Below, in pieces: positions 63,706-64,000 of a DNA stretch of 64,000 nucleotides. The notes beneath the pieces are model-generated. The model saw only the letters and a program-made list of their open reading frames with translations, was not told where the DNA came from and made no database searches. The translations under genes and the position numbers were made by a program. Source of the DNA: Octopus sinensis (lineage: Eukaryota); NCBI RefSeq assembly GCF_006345805.1, contig NC_043004.1:49228001-49292000 (forward strand). The letters run 5' to 3'. How positions within the stretch are numbered: position 1 is the stretch's first letter; every line of letters starts with the position of its first letter.

Positions 63706-64000
63706 ATGAAAAAAAACATGATTTGATAACACAATCATCGTATATAGAAATACAATAAATAACAAACAAAAACACACTCGATTAATTGTAGACACTATTA
63801 ATAGCAAAAGATGAGAAAAATCAACGTATCTGAAATGTTTGTAATTCGGCAGTGACCAATTCGTCAGACCCCTTAACCAGTTGCTACCTACAACTAAATG
63901 CTGCAACAACGAGTCACTTCCATCAGTATATTCAGAAAATGAATGCAAGAATAATAGGAAAAATAGGAAAAATATTTAACAAAAATATGCACACACATAC

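Overview
This is eukaryotic, AT-rich, repeat-saturated non-coding DNA. The SINE, MITE and microsatellite content points to a coleoid cephalopod, most likely Octopus; that assignment is my inference from repeat families recalled from memory. I found no intact host protein-coding gene, rRNA, true tRNA or CRISPR array, and almost all ORFs in the track are microsatellite or SINE read-throughs. The window contains: many copies of at least three tRNA-derived SINE families; six copies of a GG-terminal MITE with 8-bp TSDs and internal CCCTAA repeats; decayed Tc1/mariner transposases (mariner DD34D, DD37D-like, DD41D-like); hAT, Helitron, pogo/Tigger-like and piggyBac-like relics; RTE, Jockey/CR1-like, L1-Tx1 and probable Dong/R4 LINE fragments; long microsatellites; and a 100-N gap. 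The most interesting signal is about a dozen minimal type I hammerhead ribozyme (HHR) motifs from several short Penelope/retrozyme-like families. They include a ~355-bp tandem-plus-inverted array (3535-5100), a 238-bp inverted repeat with an HHR in each arm (55433-55959), and two families whose copies share non-canonical cores (CUGUCGA and CCGACGA). Many of these elements abut TA-type microsatellites. All structures were read by eye and none was computed.
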